NCBI GenBank assembly: GCA_002633005.1
Contig: NMRA01000800.1
Coordinates: forward strand, 1-64,000
Reading direction: 5' to 3'
DNA length: 64,000 nucleotides
Source of the DNA: Phoronis australis
Lineage: Eukaryota; Animalia; Phoronida
The notes under the pieces are model-generated. The model was not told the DNA's origin. It searched no databases and saw only the letters and a list, made by a program, of their open reading frames with translations. Of this stretch, positions 39,701 to 52,702 are shown piece after piece (the stretch's first letter is position 1; every line of letters starts with the position of its first letter). The position numbers were made by a program, and so were the translations under genes.

Positions 39701-42700
39701 AACGATTTCAACTTTCCACTTCATCTTCTAATGTAAACTTTTGAATTATACAACAGTCAACTCCGAAAAAGAAAAACGTCAAATTCGGTACAAAGAATTG
39801 TACAATGTAGCTGCAAAAGCAATCGATGAATTCCACTCTGACCACACTACATTCCAATAAGTTATGAATAAAAACTTGTCACGTTAAATAAACAAATATG
39901 ACCAAGATTAGTCTCAAGATGACTTATAAGGCTACACCCAGTAGATTGTACTAATTCAAAAGAGGCAACGAAACTGCTGCCCATCGGCTTTTTGATGCAT
40001 TCTCTTTTAGGTACATCTCTGCAAATCCCAAAAGTGTACAGTACATGTATACAAAGAATGCAAAATTCAGTCATGCTTAGAAGAGAAACATGTGCACACC
40101 ACTCCTGACTGTACCAGACATGTAGAAATAATTCATTTTATGGAAATATACATATGCATATTACATATATTCTACACAATATTTTACAAAAAATAATTTA
40201 ATTACCAGTTACAGTGATTATTTTTGTAAAAAAATGATGTAAATACAATTTATGAACACTGACTAGTTCTCTTAGACTTTAAATATCAGTGCTTTCACGT
40301 TACCTTTATGTGAATATCCTGGATACATACCTCAAAGCTTAGTCGTGACAGGCAGAATCATGTGATAAAACTAAACTATGTGAATCACCGTCATAAACAT
40401 TGTGAGTGCAATTCACTATTTTTTGCTCTGGATTGGAATTTGTAACCAAAAATTATCCTGAATTGATGTATTTTGAATTTTGAAAATCGACCAAGTGCTT
40501 TTACTTTGTGAACTTTTATATGCCAGCGAAACTGTGATTGCTTAGACTGCATACAACATGTGCAACTTAGCAGAGAAAACAGAAGCAGAATACTGTGGCT
40601 TCAATTTGATTAATGGCGTCTTGGAAGTGGGCTTTTTCAAATTCTTGCATAATTTCTTTCAAGAAGAGCATTCGAAAGAACCAGTGGGCGGGGCCATTAG
40701 ATTTTTGGCCGGGTCACTAAATTTTCATGTATAGGCCCTATGTGGACATGTACATAGGTCTGTAGTGATATAAAATACAACAATTAAAGTCAAACAAGGC
40801 TACTAACCCATGAGAAATGACTGTACCTAGTATGTAAGTGCTAAATGTAATTAGTGTAAAATCCACAGCTTTCCAGTAAAACAGAACCATCGTCTGAAAT
40901 GGGCCAGCCCAGCTGGCACAGATGGTCTTATAGGCGTGGCAGGAAGGAAATCAAGCCTCGCACAGACTAAAACATCAAAGTCACACTGCTTAAGCACCTT
41001 TAAGAGGCTATCGATGTCTTTAATTCCTTCCAATTTAAACAAAAAAATTGGTAATTATGATTCCTTTCTAATATGTTTCTTTGTTCGTCAACAATCCGTT
41101 TTTATAAAAGTTGCAACCCTGGCGGCCAAGTTTCAAACACTAGCGAACTCTCAGACTGGTGGACCACCAGTATAGTGCGTTAATGATTGGTTTACTCAGC
41201 CATGGAGGTTGACCTCGATATGATTTCAAAATACTTTAGCAGTGATGCAGTCAAAACAGAAATGGGTCAGTTCCCAGAAATCGTCAGTTCATGATTTTGT
41301 TAACTGAACGAAGGACAGTTAGAAAAAAGTCTTAATGGAGTAATTGTTGGAGCTGGGAAGAGTTAGACACCAACGACCTGTTTAAGGTGTCCCTCTATGC
41401 GCAAAAGGCATGTATAGCAACATGACTACGATGGTTTAACCAGTGTGGCACAATTCGCCAAAAAAGCTTCCGGAGTATGCAGGGCCTATGGGACAACTAC
41501 CGTCTTTAGTGCGGGTAGTTGGGACGGTGATACTATCTTGTATTATGTATACTTTTGGTTTAATAATATGTTGTGATTTTGAATTTTTTGCAGACACAAA
41601 TAGAAACTAGACAGTGACTCGAAAAAGTGTAACTCCTATATAGGAGCTTCATACGCTAGAAGGTAGATGAATTATGCCTCACTCCGAAAAGCTTCCGGCG
41701 TATGAAGCTCCTGTAGGAGCTACGTCGTCTCCAGTCAGCTATAGAGACGGTGGTCACTGTCTAATTAGAAACAATTGTTTAAGATCATTCCAAAGCTAAA
41801 TTTGTTCATCTTCCCCATACACAAATCAACGTTTTGTGTTCTAGGGTGAAGGTTAGGTCACTAGCCAAATGAGAAACCACAGCTAATATCAATACAGACA
41901 ACGGAACTCGATGAACAGGTCACTAGCCAAAGTAGGAACCATATATAGATAGCAATGTCAACAGACCATGAAACTCGATAAAATTTGTCTGAATTTATCT
42001 TTCACACAAATAAGTTTCCCAGTGAGTTCTCGGACCACTATTTTATCGGCTCGAGGTGACTTTAATTCCGGGGCTGCTATGTCCCAATAACTACAGAATG
42101 TATATAATATAAGCAGGATAGAACAAATACTTATTACTACTAGTATGCATCAAGCAATCGTTTGGCCAGCTCGGAATTAGTGGCCGATAGTTTACCTCTG
42201 AGATATTCCCAGCGATCATACTCTGTGCCCAAAATAATTGCGCAAGCTTTTATTTAATTTGAGTTGCACGTCTTTGCTACTCTTCTTTCTATCTGAGTAG
42301 TTTAGGTTAAGGGCCTTTTATCTTGTCGACCTTCTCACTGTCATCCATCTTGTCTCATTGCTTTGTAAATCCCTGCGGTTATTTAACGCAGCGCCGTCCT
42401 CAGACGTATAATGTCTATGGGTAATAGTTCAGAGCAGGTATATGGTCAAATCTCCAGTAATTGTCAAATCATGAAAGATCGCAGATGCAGGCACAAAGCA
42501 CGTATAAAGCACGGTCATGTCCAGACATAATAATCGCAAAATACATGAAGAAGTGCCCAGAGCACAATAAGTTGATGGCTTCTTGACAGATCAAAGTCAG
42601 ATGTTGCTGAGTACATGTACAGTAGGCCACATTAACAAAACACACTCATTAGCTCCATCACGGCTAGAAGTAAAAAGCACACTGGGTGGCCAGGTATTCA

Positions 42701-44213
42701 ATCCACAGCCATCTACTATCCTGTATCTTGTCAATGAGTCAGGTGTTTGTCGAATGGGTATAAGCGCATGCGCGCATTTATCATAAGTGGGAGGGAGATT
42801 AGTAATGTTATGTGTTTACCACGTTTCTTCGTACCTATTTAAAAACCGTGAATTGTGTGATTTTTGTAGAAATCCCCCCACAGCGGAAAGTGGACAACTC
42901 TGTGATAGAGGTTGCAAGAATGTACGCATGTTAAGGATTGTTTAAAACATATCTTTTGTGATATTCCTGGCAAAAATTATGCATAATTTATTATTTGAAT
43001 CGCGTCTTATATAACCCTACTTAAAACTTAGTAAGTAGGCCTACTAATATATTATTCTACTGCAGTACTGGCTCGTGTCACGGATCAGTATATACTTGCC
43101 AGCAGTAGTACAAAATATGTAAGGATGCCTTTCTTCGTATGCGTTTCTGAAACTGCAACTGGCAGCCTCACACTTCATGCCTCTTTTATGTTTTTTTCAG
43201 CACCAGACGGCACACTCACATTGCAGTCATTCATGTTGTTGCCCATTTGAATTGGCTCCTCTCAGAAGGTGGCGCTACATGTACTGCTTTGACATATTTA
43301 GATCAAAGACGTACATCTTGATGTAAACTATAATATCATTACAATAAATCTGAAACAATTTTTGTTTGGATTGCAACTCGGGCAAATGTGACTTTTTTGG
43401 TATATTAGAACCACGCACTATTTTGGCCGGTACCTCGAAAATCTAGTCTATCTCAAATTTTTAATGGCATACCATGGTTGAGATTTTTGGGAGTTTCTGC
43501 CTGGCACAATCCAGAGTGTAATTTGTCATAGGGCATTTAGTGGTCTGTGACATGTATTGAATTACATGGAATTGATTTTGTGTGGTACCTCGAATATATG
43601 TGCTAGCTCACTTTCTTGGGGGGGGGGGGCTTTTGTGGTTTCTGCCGGACCCATTCCAGAGCGCAGATTTGTCTGTCATAGGTCATTTGGTGTTCAGTGT
43701 GGTACTGTTGTTCGTGTAAAATCAGTTTTGGCCGGTACCTCGAAAATCTAGTCTAGCTCAAAAGTTTGATGACATAACATAGTTGAGGTTTTTGGGGGTT
43801 TCTGCCGGGCACATCCCAGAGTGTAATGTGTCTGCCATAGGAGTTTCAGTGATCTGTGACATGTATTGAATCACATGGAGTTGGTTTTTTGTGGTACCTC
43901 GAATATATGTGCTAGTTCATTTTTGGGGGTCCTTTTTGGTTTCTGCCGGACCCATTCCAGAGTGCAATTTGTCATGGGTCGTCTGGTGTTCGGTGCGGTA
44001 CTATTGTTCGTTTTAAATCAGTTTTGGTTGGTACCTGGAATATGTACTCTAGGTCATTTTTGGGCCCTTTATAAGGCCCCCAGGGGTCACACCCACAGTG
44101 AAGACAACGGCAGACGTCCATTGCTGTACATACTGAGGTGAACTCTAAATGCTCCCGTGGTCAGATGTTGGTACCTCGTTAATCAATGCTAAGTGCTCTG
44201 GGCTGCCGGTCTA
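36746..44213. mobile_element. Long-TIR element with TAG...CTA ends (Academ-like) and tandemly repetitive arms
   Basis: TAGACCGGCAGCCCAGAGCAC at the left end is inverted at the right end. Arms 36746-37300 and 43420-44213 are built from about 305-bp dimeric units. No TSD found. Confidence 0.65.
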
Positions 44214-45427
44214 TTTATCATTTTTAGCGGAATGGGAAAATAGGGCTATGTCGCGTGGGAAACGACACTAATTAATCATATCATGTCAATTCTACCGTCA
44301 GTCAAAAACGAGTATACTAGTCAAAACATCAAAAAATAGGGCCGTCCGCGAAGGGGGGGGGGACCATTTAGCAAGAGCAATGTACGTTGTCGATAACACA
44401 AATTATTGGTCAGGATTCTTATAAGTGGTGAGCATGGCATTTTGTAAGTGTATTTCGCAGGATTAGGAAAATACTATAAATAAGATCAATGCTCATAAAT
44501 CGAATTAGCAATATGTATAGGCAAAAAGTAAACATTGGATAAATAAAATATCATAGAACCAATACAAAAACACTTATAATGTATACATGCATGTATTCAC
44601 ACGCACTTAAACACGGTCCTAGCTACGCAAATGAATCCACGAGGAGTTTTTCGAAAGTTACTTTAAAGCATAATTATATGTGTTTAACACATATACGTGT
44701 CAGTGAGCTTTTCATGTATAATAGCAGAACAAACATTAAGAAACCAAATACCACGTCTTTCCATTAAATACTGTAGCATGGTTTTAACACCCAAACGTCT
44801 TGTTCAAACTCCTAACATGCACTTTGTGTTGTCGAACGTGGCCCTCAAACTGGAGCTAGATATCAGCTAGATAAATATCAGAGGTATTCGGCCAGGGCCA
44901 CAGTTCGGTGCCCTTAAAGAATGACCAGCTTTCAAGTGACGATTTGTAAGTTGATTAATTTTGCCGCGTAATTGCCGGTTGCCTAAAACCGTGCCTCAAG
45001 AGTCTTGAGTGTGAAAAACGACAAAATGAAAATGAAGCAATACAATTAGACTTGATTTCATAACAACGCTTGATCAAAACTCAGTCGAGCAGACAACCGG
45101 AATCTCACGGAGCAAACTATCGCTGCAAGCCAGTCCTGTGAAATCTCGGAGTCGCAAACTAGAATGCATGGGAATTCCATTCCTACAGTCATGTGCAACG
45201 TGGACTGACTCTAGTGGCTTCAAAGTTTTCATGGGAACAAAAATAGTCTTGTTACAACGATATGCACAAACATAGCTAAAACGTTACGTTGTGGTAACGT
45301 TGTGACTTTGCTGAGCAATCAGCTGTAGAATCTGTGTTCGAGTCTATAATTATATTTTCTGAGCGCAGGTACATGTACCACAAGTGTTGGTCAACAGATA
45401 AAGCTTGAAGTCCTGCTTGCTTCCGGC

Positions 45428-45681
45428 TCAGTTGAATTCCAACATTATACAGGTGCCATTCCGTATGTGCGAAATGCGACCACAGCAGTCGTGCTGCTGG
45501 CATAGAGCCAGGCATAATAATTCGTTCATGTCGGAATAAACGCCCAAGCTCTTAAACACAGAGGGCGAGTTGGTGACTCTCGCAAATGTCCGTTCACCTT
45601 TCTTGTCGAAGACGGACAGCCCGTTAGCTTGCAGGATGGCTTTATCCACTTCGTATGTTCCTCGATCGCAGAAGGATATCC
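45428..45681 (-). CDS. Terminal exon, PAN/apple-like domain, of the C-type lectin gene
   Basis: caacag| phase-1 acceptor matches the previous exon. Translates GISFCDRG...LLCLALCQQHDCCGRISHIRNGTCIMLEFN*. Confidence 0.7.
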
Positions 45682-46569
45682 CTGTTGATGTGTTTCAAAG
45701 TTTAACATATTTTGTCTTACCATTTAAAGTGTACGTCTAAACCCCACCATGGTCATCCATCATAGAGGTAGCACCGAGAAATGTCCCCTTTCTCAATTAC
45801 TTGATACAAATGAGGCTAAATTACTTTAGCACTTCATAAGTAGGAACTGACCTTCACCAATGACATCTATACTAACTTCAGTCTTATGCTTTAGGTTATG
45901 TATGACCCTAAATAATCAAAGTTCAACTTTGGCTACCATCGGAGCATCATATCCAAATGTCTATTCGGATTTATATGAAACCTTCAGATAATTATCTCCA
46001 TGCATTGGTCTCCAAAACGGTGTAAATAAGGACGTTTTTTAAAAAGTTCCATTTTTGAATCATGGACTATCAAAAACACGACTTTTATGATTTCATGAGA
46101 AAATTGTGAAGTTGCATAATTAAAACGGAAACAAAAAGACCGTTTTAAATAACTGTAACAGCATTTTTTGAGATCTCATCGTGAACATTTAATAAATAAT
46201 GAAATTTGATCATGTTATTGATACTATTTTTTTGCTATCAATGTAACGTTTTTTTGGTAAATTCAACTAAAAAGACATGGTCATGTGACCTCATTAATGG
46301 CAAATTGGCAAAAAGAAAAAACTCCACAAGCATTCTACTTTCAAAAAGCATATACTTTTACTCAGTTGAAAACGACAGTTTCGTAGATAGTTACTAAATA
46401 GGCTGACCAGGCAGTAAGCTAAAAGCAAAATTTGAATAATCTGTGATCAGTGATCCTTTTGTCCACCAGTAAAGTTGTTCAGCATCCAACATGCGTTTTT
46501 GCCAAGATCTATGCTTGCCAATTTGCTGCTTGCTGACAATTTCAAAAAATGATCTTGCCACGCTCTTAC

Positions 46570-46692
46570 CCAGTAGTTGACAAACGAATGACTCCATTTC
46601 GTTTAAGCACGACTCATCGCTCCAAAGTCCCGAACTGTTCATGAACAAACACGCTTCAGCGGAACCACTTGATGCCTCCTCGGTCTCCAGAT
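46570..46692 (-). CDS. C-type lectin domain, exon 3
   Basis: ttttcag|...|gtaag, phase 1-1, EACLFMNSSGLWSDESCLNEMESFVCQ. Confidence 0.88.
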
Positions 46693-46716
46693 CTGAAAAG
46701 AGTTAGTCTCGAACAC

Positions 46717-47003
46717 GGGCGCTTATTTCCACTCACCTTTTCATTTACTCTTCACTAACCCTCATTCACTCCATGTTGGATAGTCCTACAAAAATTCTCG
46801 TTCAATCTCGTCACTACGTGTCCCGGTTTTCGAGATCATAGCGCCCTGATCTTCTGTAAGACCGGCGCTAACCGCGACACATAGTGACGAGATTTAACGA
46901 GAAGTGTGGGAAGACTACCCAACATGGAATGAACGAGGGTTGCAGACCCTTCATCTCTTATGAAGAGTAAATGAAAAGGTGAGTTGCAATGTAACAAGCG
47001 CCC
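46717..47003. mobile_element. Palindromic MITE
   Basis: Arms CTCACCTTTTCATTTACTCTTCA / TGAAGAGTAAATGAAAAGGTGAG and AATCTCGTCACTA / TAGTGACGAGATT. Confidence 0.7.
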
Positions 47004-49445
47004 TTGGTCTTAAATAAACGTGAAAACCGAAATCAAAGGAGCAAGTGATGTTTGTGTACATGTGGTCACTATGCAACACAGAACTGCAGACCGAGAATGC
47101 CAATTGCCATCTCGCGCCGTTGAGGTTGCTGCACGCACGCGTGACAATTGTTTGCCTTGTTTGCTAAGCTGTTGTTTCTTGCTATGGAATTGGCTTAGGA
47201 TGGAATGATTGTTTAGCACAAAAAGAATGTTTAGAACTGCCGTCATCAAAAAACTTGTACGGACTAAGTTTCAGTACATTTTTGGAATATTTTTGGCCAC
47301 AAGCATTGTCTGAGGACTATCTGATTGCAGTTCAGCGATTTGCGAAGCTGACCGTGGGTAGTAACGCTGCCTAGCTGCTGGGCGTAACGTAAATCCATCT
47401 AGGCGTATGTCAATTTTTTCGAAAGTGTACAATTTTTTAAAAATATATCCACGTGATTAAGTACCATCAGAGCTCTAACACGATAACAACGTGATATATC
47501 TAGGACAAATAGAAGCGAAATCAACACAAGGCTAAAGGAAAAAACGTCACATTCGTTACTTTCACTGCAACGTTTCGTAACTCCTCCGCTTTTATACCAA
47601 ATTGCATACGGGTCATATCATTAGAAAGCCTTTCAGCAGCTTTTGATGGTACAGAAGCAAAAGATAAAAATTACTTGATAAATAATTATCATTTCACATA
47701 CCTTACAAATTAAAAAATGAGCAATTCTAGAAATCAAGAGTGTTACCAAAATGCGAAAAATAACATAGTTTAATTATGAAATCATTCATGTACTAAATGG
47801 CTGATCAATAAACTAATTAGTGAATTAATTAGAAATAATTTCAATTAATCTAGGGTAACAAATATAGTAATAATAACTGTAACGAACTAGGGAGGTTATG
47901 GAAGTAACTCAGTAAGCCAGCAAGGAAAAAGGTTCAATGATTCAACAGATTGCTACCGGATAAAGACCAAGATCTTATGAACATGTAGTTTGGTAGGTTA
48001 TCGTAAGTGCCTCTGAAGCTGAAACTGAAAGAATGTCAAGGGGCAGGTTATTCCCGGTATCCTCCTAGGGATACAACTTCACTAAAAGCCCCATTTATGA
48101 AATACTACTCAAGCCTTCACTAATTTGTAATTTGTGTTTATTAGCCACTGGCACGATTTGCAGTTGTTACTTTCATACCCTATTTCTTTTCAAAAGTTTG
48201 TATGATATAACTGCGAATTTACAGACGTGAAAACTTAGTTTCCAAACACTTTGTACAGGTTTTATATTCCAGATGGCAACATTTTTCAAAAAGTGTAATT
48301 AAAATGTTGGACGGACTTGCATGACGAGGGTGATTTTCGGGTGATAATCGCACCCACGACAAAAAATTCCAGGTTATAGATGAATCCGACAGGATCAGGG
48401 TCTGCGCCCCTTACAACTTAAAAAAAGTAAACATGGGACAGGAAAAACGAAAATAAAAAACAGAAAATCGGACTCAGGTTGCACGCATCATTAAACAACA
48501 TTTCTCAAGCGGGAGAAAACCATCTTTCTATGGAACATGGATGTGTATTTTTAAGAATATGTGTAATGCACTCAGCATACGCATGGAATGCACACGTCAG
48601 ACGAGTAAAAAACTCTTGTTGAAACGAGTGCATGGCTTCGTTCCTTCACTGCCAGCTGGAATCGGGCACATGTCAATACATATGGAGTGCCATAGAGTTA
48701 TTAAAGAAGTAATTTTTGCGCATGCGTTGAAATATGCTTAATCATGGCCTAGTTTTGCTTAATCTACGCGTAATTTTAATCACTTCATATAGTCAAACCA
48801 CGACCGTGCTCTCGAATTAATTTGATTAAGAGCAGAACGATGATCGTTTAAGAACAAAAAGTACGCGTATACTAAGTAAAAGTACGCGTAGATTAATCAA
48901 AAATGCACGTAGAGTAAGCAAAAGTGCACGGAAATTAAGCACATTTCAACGCACAAAATAATGTGTTTAGGAACCCTGTGGCGCTTCGTATATAGGAGTG
49001 CTGCAATCGTCAGTTTACACGTATAATGCACGCGTGAATCCGGAAGTCTTGCTGCTCAGTTTTGGTAAATGAGAACATCTACATTTATATTGCAAGTGTC
49101 CCGGACACATTGCACTTGTATGTTGATATGTGTACGATAAGGCCACTGATCCACATTAGAAATAATAACATATAAACAGCACACATTATACTGTGTATTT
49201 CACTCGTGCGTGCATTCACCTGGCGGCGAAAGAGCAAAGATACGGACTCGTTAGAGCGAGTATAATCCATTTGGATGGCGAGAGCATTACACACGTTCTC
49301 AAAAAACACATTTGGGTTCGATATCTTTCTGACCACCGCCGATAACATCCCCACAACAAACGTCAAATGAAAAAATGGCTAAGGTAGACTCGATTCAGTC
49401 TTATTAGTACTGTCTCAAAAATCAACACAATGGAACAACACTTAC

Positions 49446-49548
49446 TTGTGTACGTGACTGGGTCGTTGGTGGCAGTTAGGAAAGTACTGTCTGAACCACT
49501 GTTATGTACGCCTATCCACAGTGGAAAAGTTAATGCCAAGTTTTTACC
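49446..49548 (-). CDS. C-type lectin domain, exon 2
   Basis: tttcag|...|gtaag, phase 0-1, GKNLALTFPLWIGVHNSGSDSTFLTATNDPVTYT(N), containing the WIGL-type motif. Confidence 0.88.
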
Positions 49549-50119
49549 CTGAAACAAACATTAATCGGGGTTGTCCGACAAAGATAACAAATGAAGCCAG
49601 GAACATTACGTCACAACATACAAACAAACAAAGGACGTTGGAAAATCAATACTGTTTTATGGATTCGGCGTAATTTGCCCCAAAGCTGTCGTTTTTACGA
49701 CACTGACTAATTTGTAAAACATTTGAAAATAAGTTTTGACTTATATAGCAAACAACTTAATTTGAAAAAAATGTTGATAATGCTCTGAGATTCCCCGACA
49801 TCATATATTATCACAGTGAAGTCCTGCCGACGTTTAAACGCAAGTGCTGACTTGTGTGACTTCGCAGTAAAACGACAAACTTGAACTTATTCAGAAGAAG
49901 AAAGCTTGTGAACATTAACTTATTATACAATTTCAACCACACAAACTCGTCTTCTAATGAATCCGGCGAGAGTAGTCTTGATTCTGAAGTTGGGGCTCTC
50001 CTGTCAAGAATGTAGTTGACTGCACTTTTGTAAACATAATGAAAACAAGCAAAGTAATATGCAAACGAGTTCAAAATGTGTAAAAACCTGCAGAAAGACG
50101 CGGATCTATTGTCAAAATG

Positions 50120-50173
50120 TTAAAGGAGAATGCCACCCGATTTAATTAGTCTTTTTTACATTCTTAATCGGTA
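50120..50173. repeat. Solo terminus of the Kolobok family found at 773-2274
   Basis: TTAAAGGAGAATGCCACCCGATTTAATTAGTCTT... is the near reverse complement of about 2225-2278. Confidence 0.7.
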
Positions 50174-50485
50174 GGGATACAAAACTGCCCAAATGTTATA
50201 AAAGTAGTCTGTAATTTGCGTCAGTGGCCTTTTTACTCAATCGTTGCAACTGATGGATAAGTACAAATACAGGGCGAACAATTTGATGAGTTTCTTACGC
50301 ATGCTCTCGCCCTGTAGCCTACCAAGACTTAATGGTACAATGTTAACAACCAAATAAAAAAACAACATAATTTGGATCCCATTGCATCTATTATTGAATT
50401 TAAAACACTGGCAATGTTTGCAGAATATATATTTTCGATACAGATGAACAGTATCTTATAGTTTGGACATGCTCTACACTCATAC

Positions 50486-50631
50486 CTGTTGCTTTATCCA
50501 TTCATTTTCTACAGCATTTTTGGGGGTTGCCAAGTTGCCTCCCGCTTGCTGACAAGTTATTTGAGCATTTTGCCAGGTTGTCAATTCGGGTAAGAAAAGA
50601 AATCTGTTCCCATCGTGCATTAGGAAGTCAA
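50486..50631 (-). CDS. C-type lectin domain, exon 1
   Basis: ttttgtag|...|gtatg, phase 1-0, DFLMHDGNRFLFLPELTTWQNAQITCQQAGGNLATPKNAVENEWIKQQ. Confidence 0.88.
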
Positions 50632-51269
50632 CTACAAAATGAACGTTTTATAAAAGCATGAAATCAATGAAGGTAATCAAAATCTTGAAAACGCGTTTAC
50701 TTACGCCAACATAAAGAAATCAAAAGAAGGAAATGTGATTAGAGACCCTAAAAATAAAGCTGACACAGTTAAACGAAATTAATTAGGCTTATGAAACTAT
50801 GTCATAAATCGCTTTATTCGGGTAAATGAACTAAATAGTTTCCCTGTTTAGTGCCTCCATAGCCCTCTCGCACTTCTGACTGGCTAGGTCAACGCTACTC
50901 CTCTGTCAGACGTTCGAGCGACCTACAGTGTACAATCACGCCAAAATCCATGTCTCCACAGACACCAGACATGGACACTAGGTAAACAAAGACAGTAACA
51001 AATAGGGGTGCCAAAGACCTTGCCGAGACCTCCAACAGCGAGACCTCTGCATCCCAAAATGCTGTTAATCCGCTGTCTCCAGTGGGTTAATGGTCCCAGT
51101 TAAGAGGTGCATCTCAGCCTCTATTCTCAGTGTGTACCCCATAATGGATACTCGTGTGCCCACTTCCCTCCACGCAAAAATTCATGACGGCCAGTATATT
51201 CACATAAATACCCTTTTGTTTACACCCATCTCTCCTCCACAACAGGTTACGGTTACGGATATACATGTA

Positions 51270-52608
51270 GCTTCTGCTTTCGACTGTGTCCCTCACGATC
51301 TTCTTCTTCACAAACTTCGATCCTATGGCATCACTGGGAATCTTTTAAACCTGATCACCTCATATCTCTCCGATCGTACATACAGTGTTCGTGTCGACGG
51401 CGTACTTTCATCTTTATCCCCTCCTGGATTTGTAAACGCAGGTGTACCGCATGGTAGCGTATTGGGCCCTCTTGTCTTCTTGGTTTATATTAATGACCTT
51501 CCTGATAACCTATCATACCTTTATGCAGATGACACGGCGCTTTTTTACTCCTTCGCGGGGAGCAGCCCTGAAAGTTCTTTGCAGCTTCATCACGACTTGA
51601 ATAAAGTCAGTTATTGGCCACAAGAATGGAGAATGAATTTTAAGCCAGAAAAAGCGTTGACCTCACCTCCTCCAAATCTATTAATATTCTCTTCCTTGTT
51701 GACCCGTCTTATGACCTTAAACTTAATGAAGAAATCATTCCTAGAAAACAGTCGCACAGACATCTTGGTATACTATTAGATAAAAAACTCTCATTCACAC
51801 CTCACGTTCGGGAGCTCGTAAAAAACTCAGGAACTAATTAACCCACTTAAGCTTGTCTCTCGTCATATGAATTCTACACATTTAGAAGTTCTGTTCAAAT
51901 CCTTTATACTTCCACACATCGATTATTGTGATATTATATATCAGTCTGCCAATACTGGTGCACTCCAGCATTTGGACAACAACTGGAATTCTCTTCCAGT
52001 CTCTGTTAAGGAAAGCAACTCTTTTCCGAGTATAAAAATAATTTTAGAACTGTTTTTCATAATTTCGATAACTCAACACCATTGACTCAATTCTCCCTTC
52101 CCGCGATATCGAAATAGCAAACTGTAAATGTGGTGACCATCAGTCTTATCCTCATGTTTTGCCTCAAATGTCTCCTCACCGAATACCTGAGAGGCTCACT
52201 CTTTCGTGCACTCAATGAAAACCAATCAATTGTTGAAGCTCTCAATTCTTGTAATAATATCCCTACTAAAATTACATTATTATTGAATGGTAGTCCTAAC
52301 CTTGAACTTGTTCTCAATGAATTCCTCCTAAGCAAAGTTTTATGTACCGTTTATAAACATTGTTGCATCTGATTTCCATTCACAAATCTGTTACATGTTT
52401 TTGTCTTTATATGATCGTAATAGCATACCTAAATATTGGAAAGCTTATATTAGATACTACTTGAATTTATAAACCTCTAGGTATATTAATTTCGTTCATG
52501 AATCGTCTACAACCCAGATATAATGCTTCGCGATTTCTGGGTTTGTCATTATTTCTTTGTATGTTCTGTGTATTCTTCAATAAATATATATCACTTTAAA
52601 CAAAAAAA
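51270..52608 (+). mobile_element. CR1-type LINE, 5'-truncated and degenerate
   Basis: SAFDCVPH..LLHKL..YGI.G, GVPHGSVLGP..FLVYINDL, YADDT, and a 3' AATAAA with an A-rich tail. Confidence 0.88.
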
Positions 52609-52702
52609 TAACCAGATGGTTGTGCAAAATCAACCTAAATCTAAAGTAACGTCTATTGGAAAATAGACCGATGCATTCCTTATCTTTTCACCCTTATTTA
52701 TG

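Noticed and set aside
41600-41760. Short inverted repeat (AGGAGCTTCATACGC / GCGTATGAAGCTCCT)
   Set aside because: Probably a small MITE remnant; ends and TSD could not be defined.
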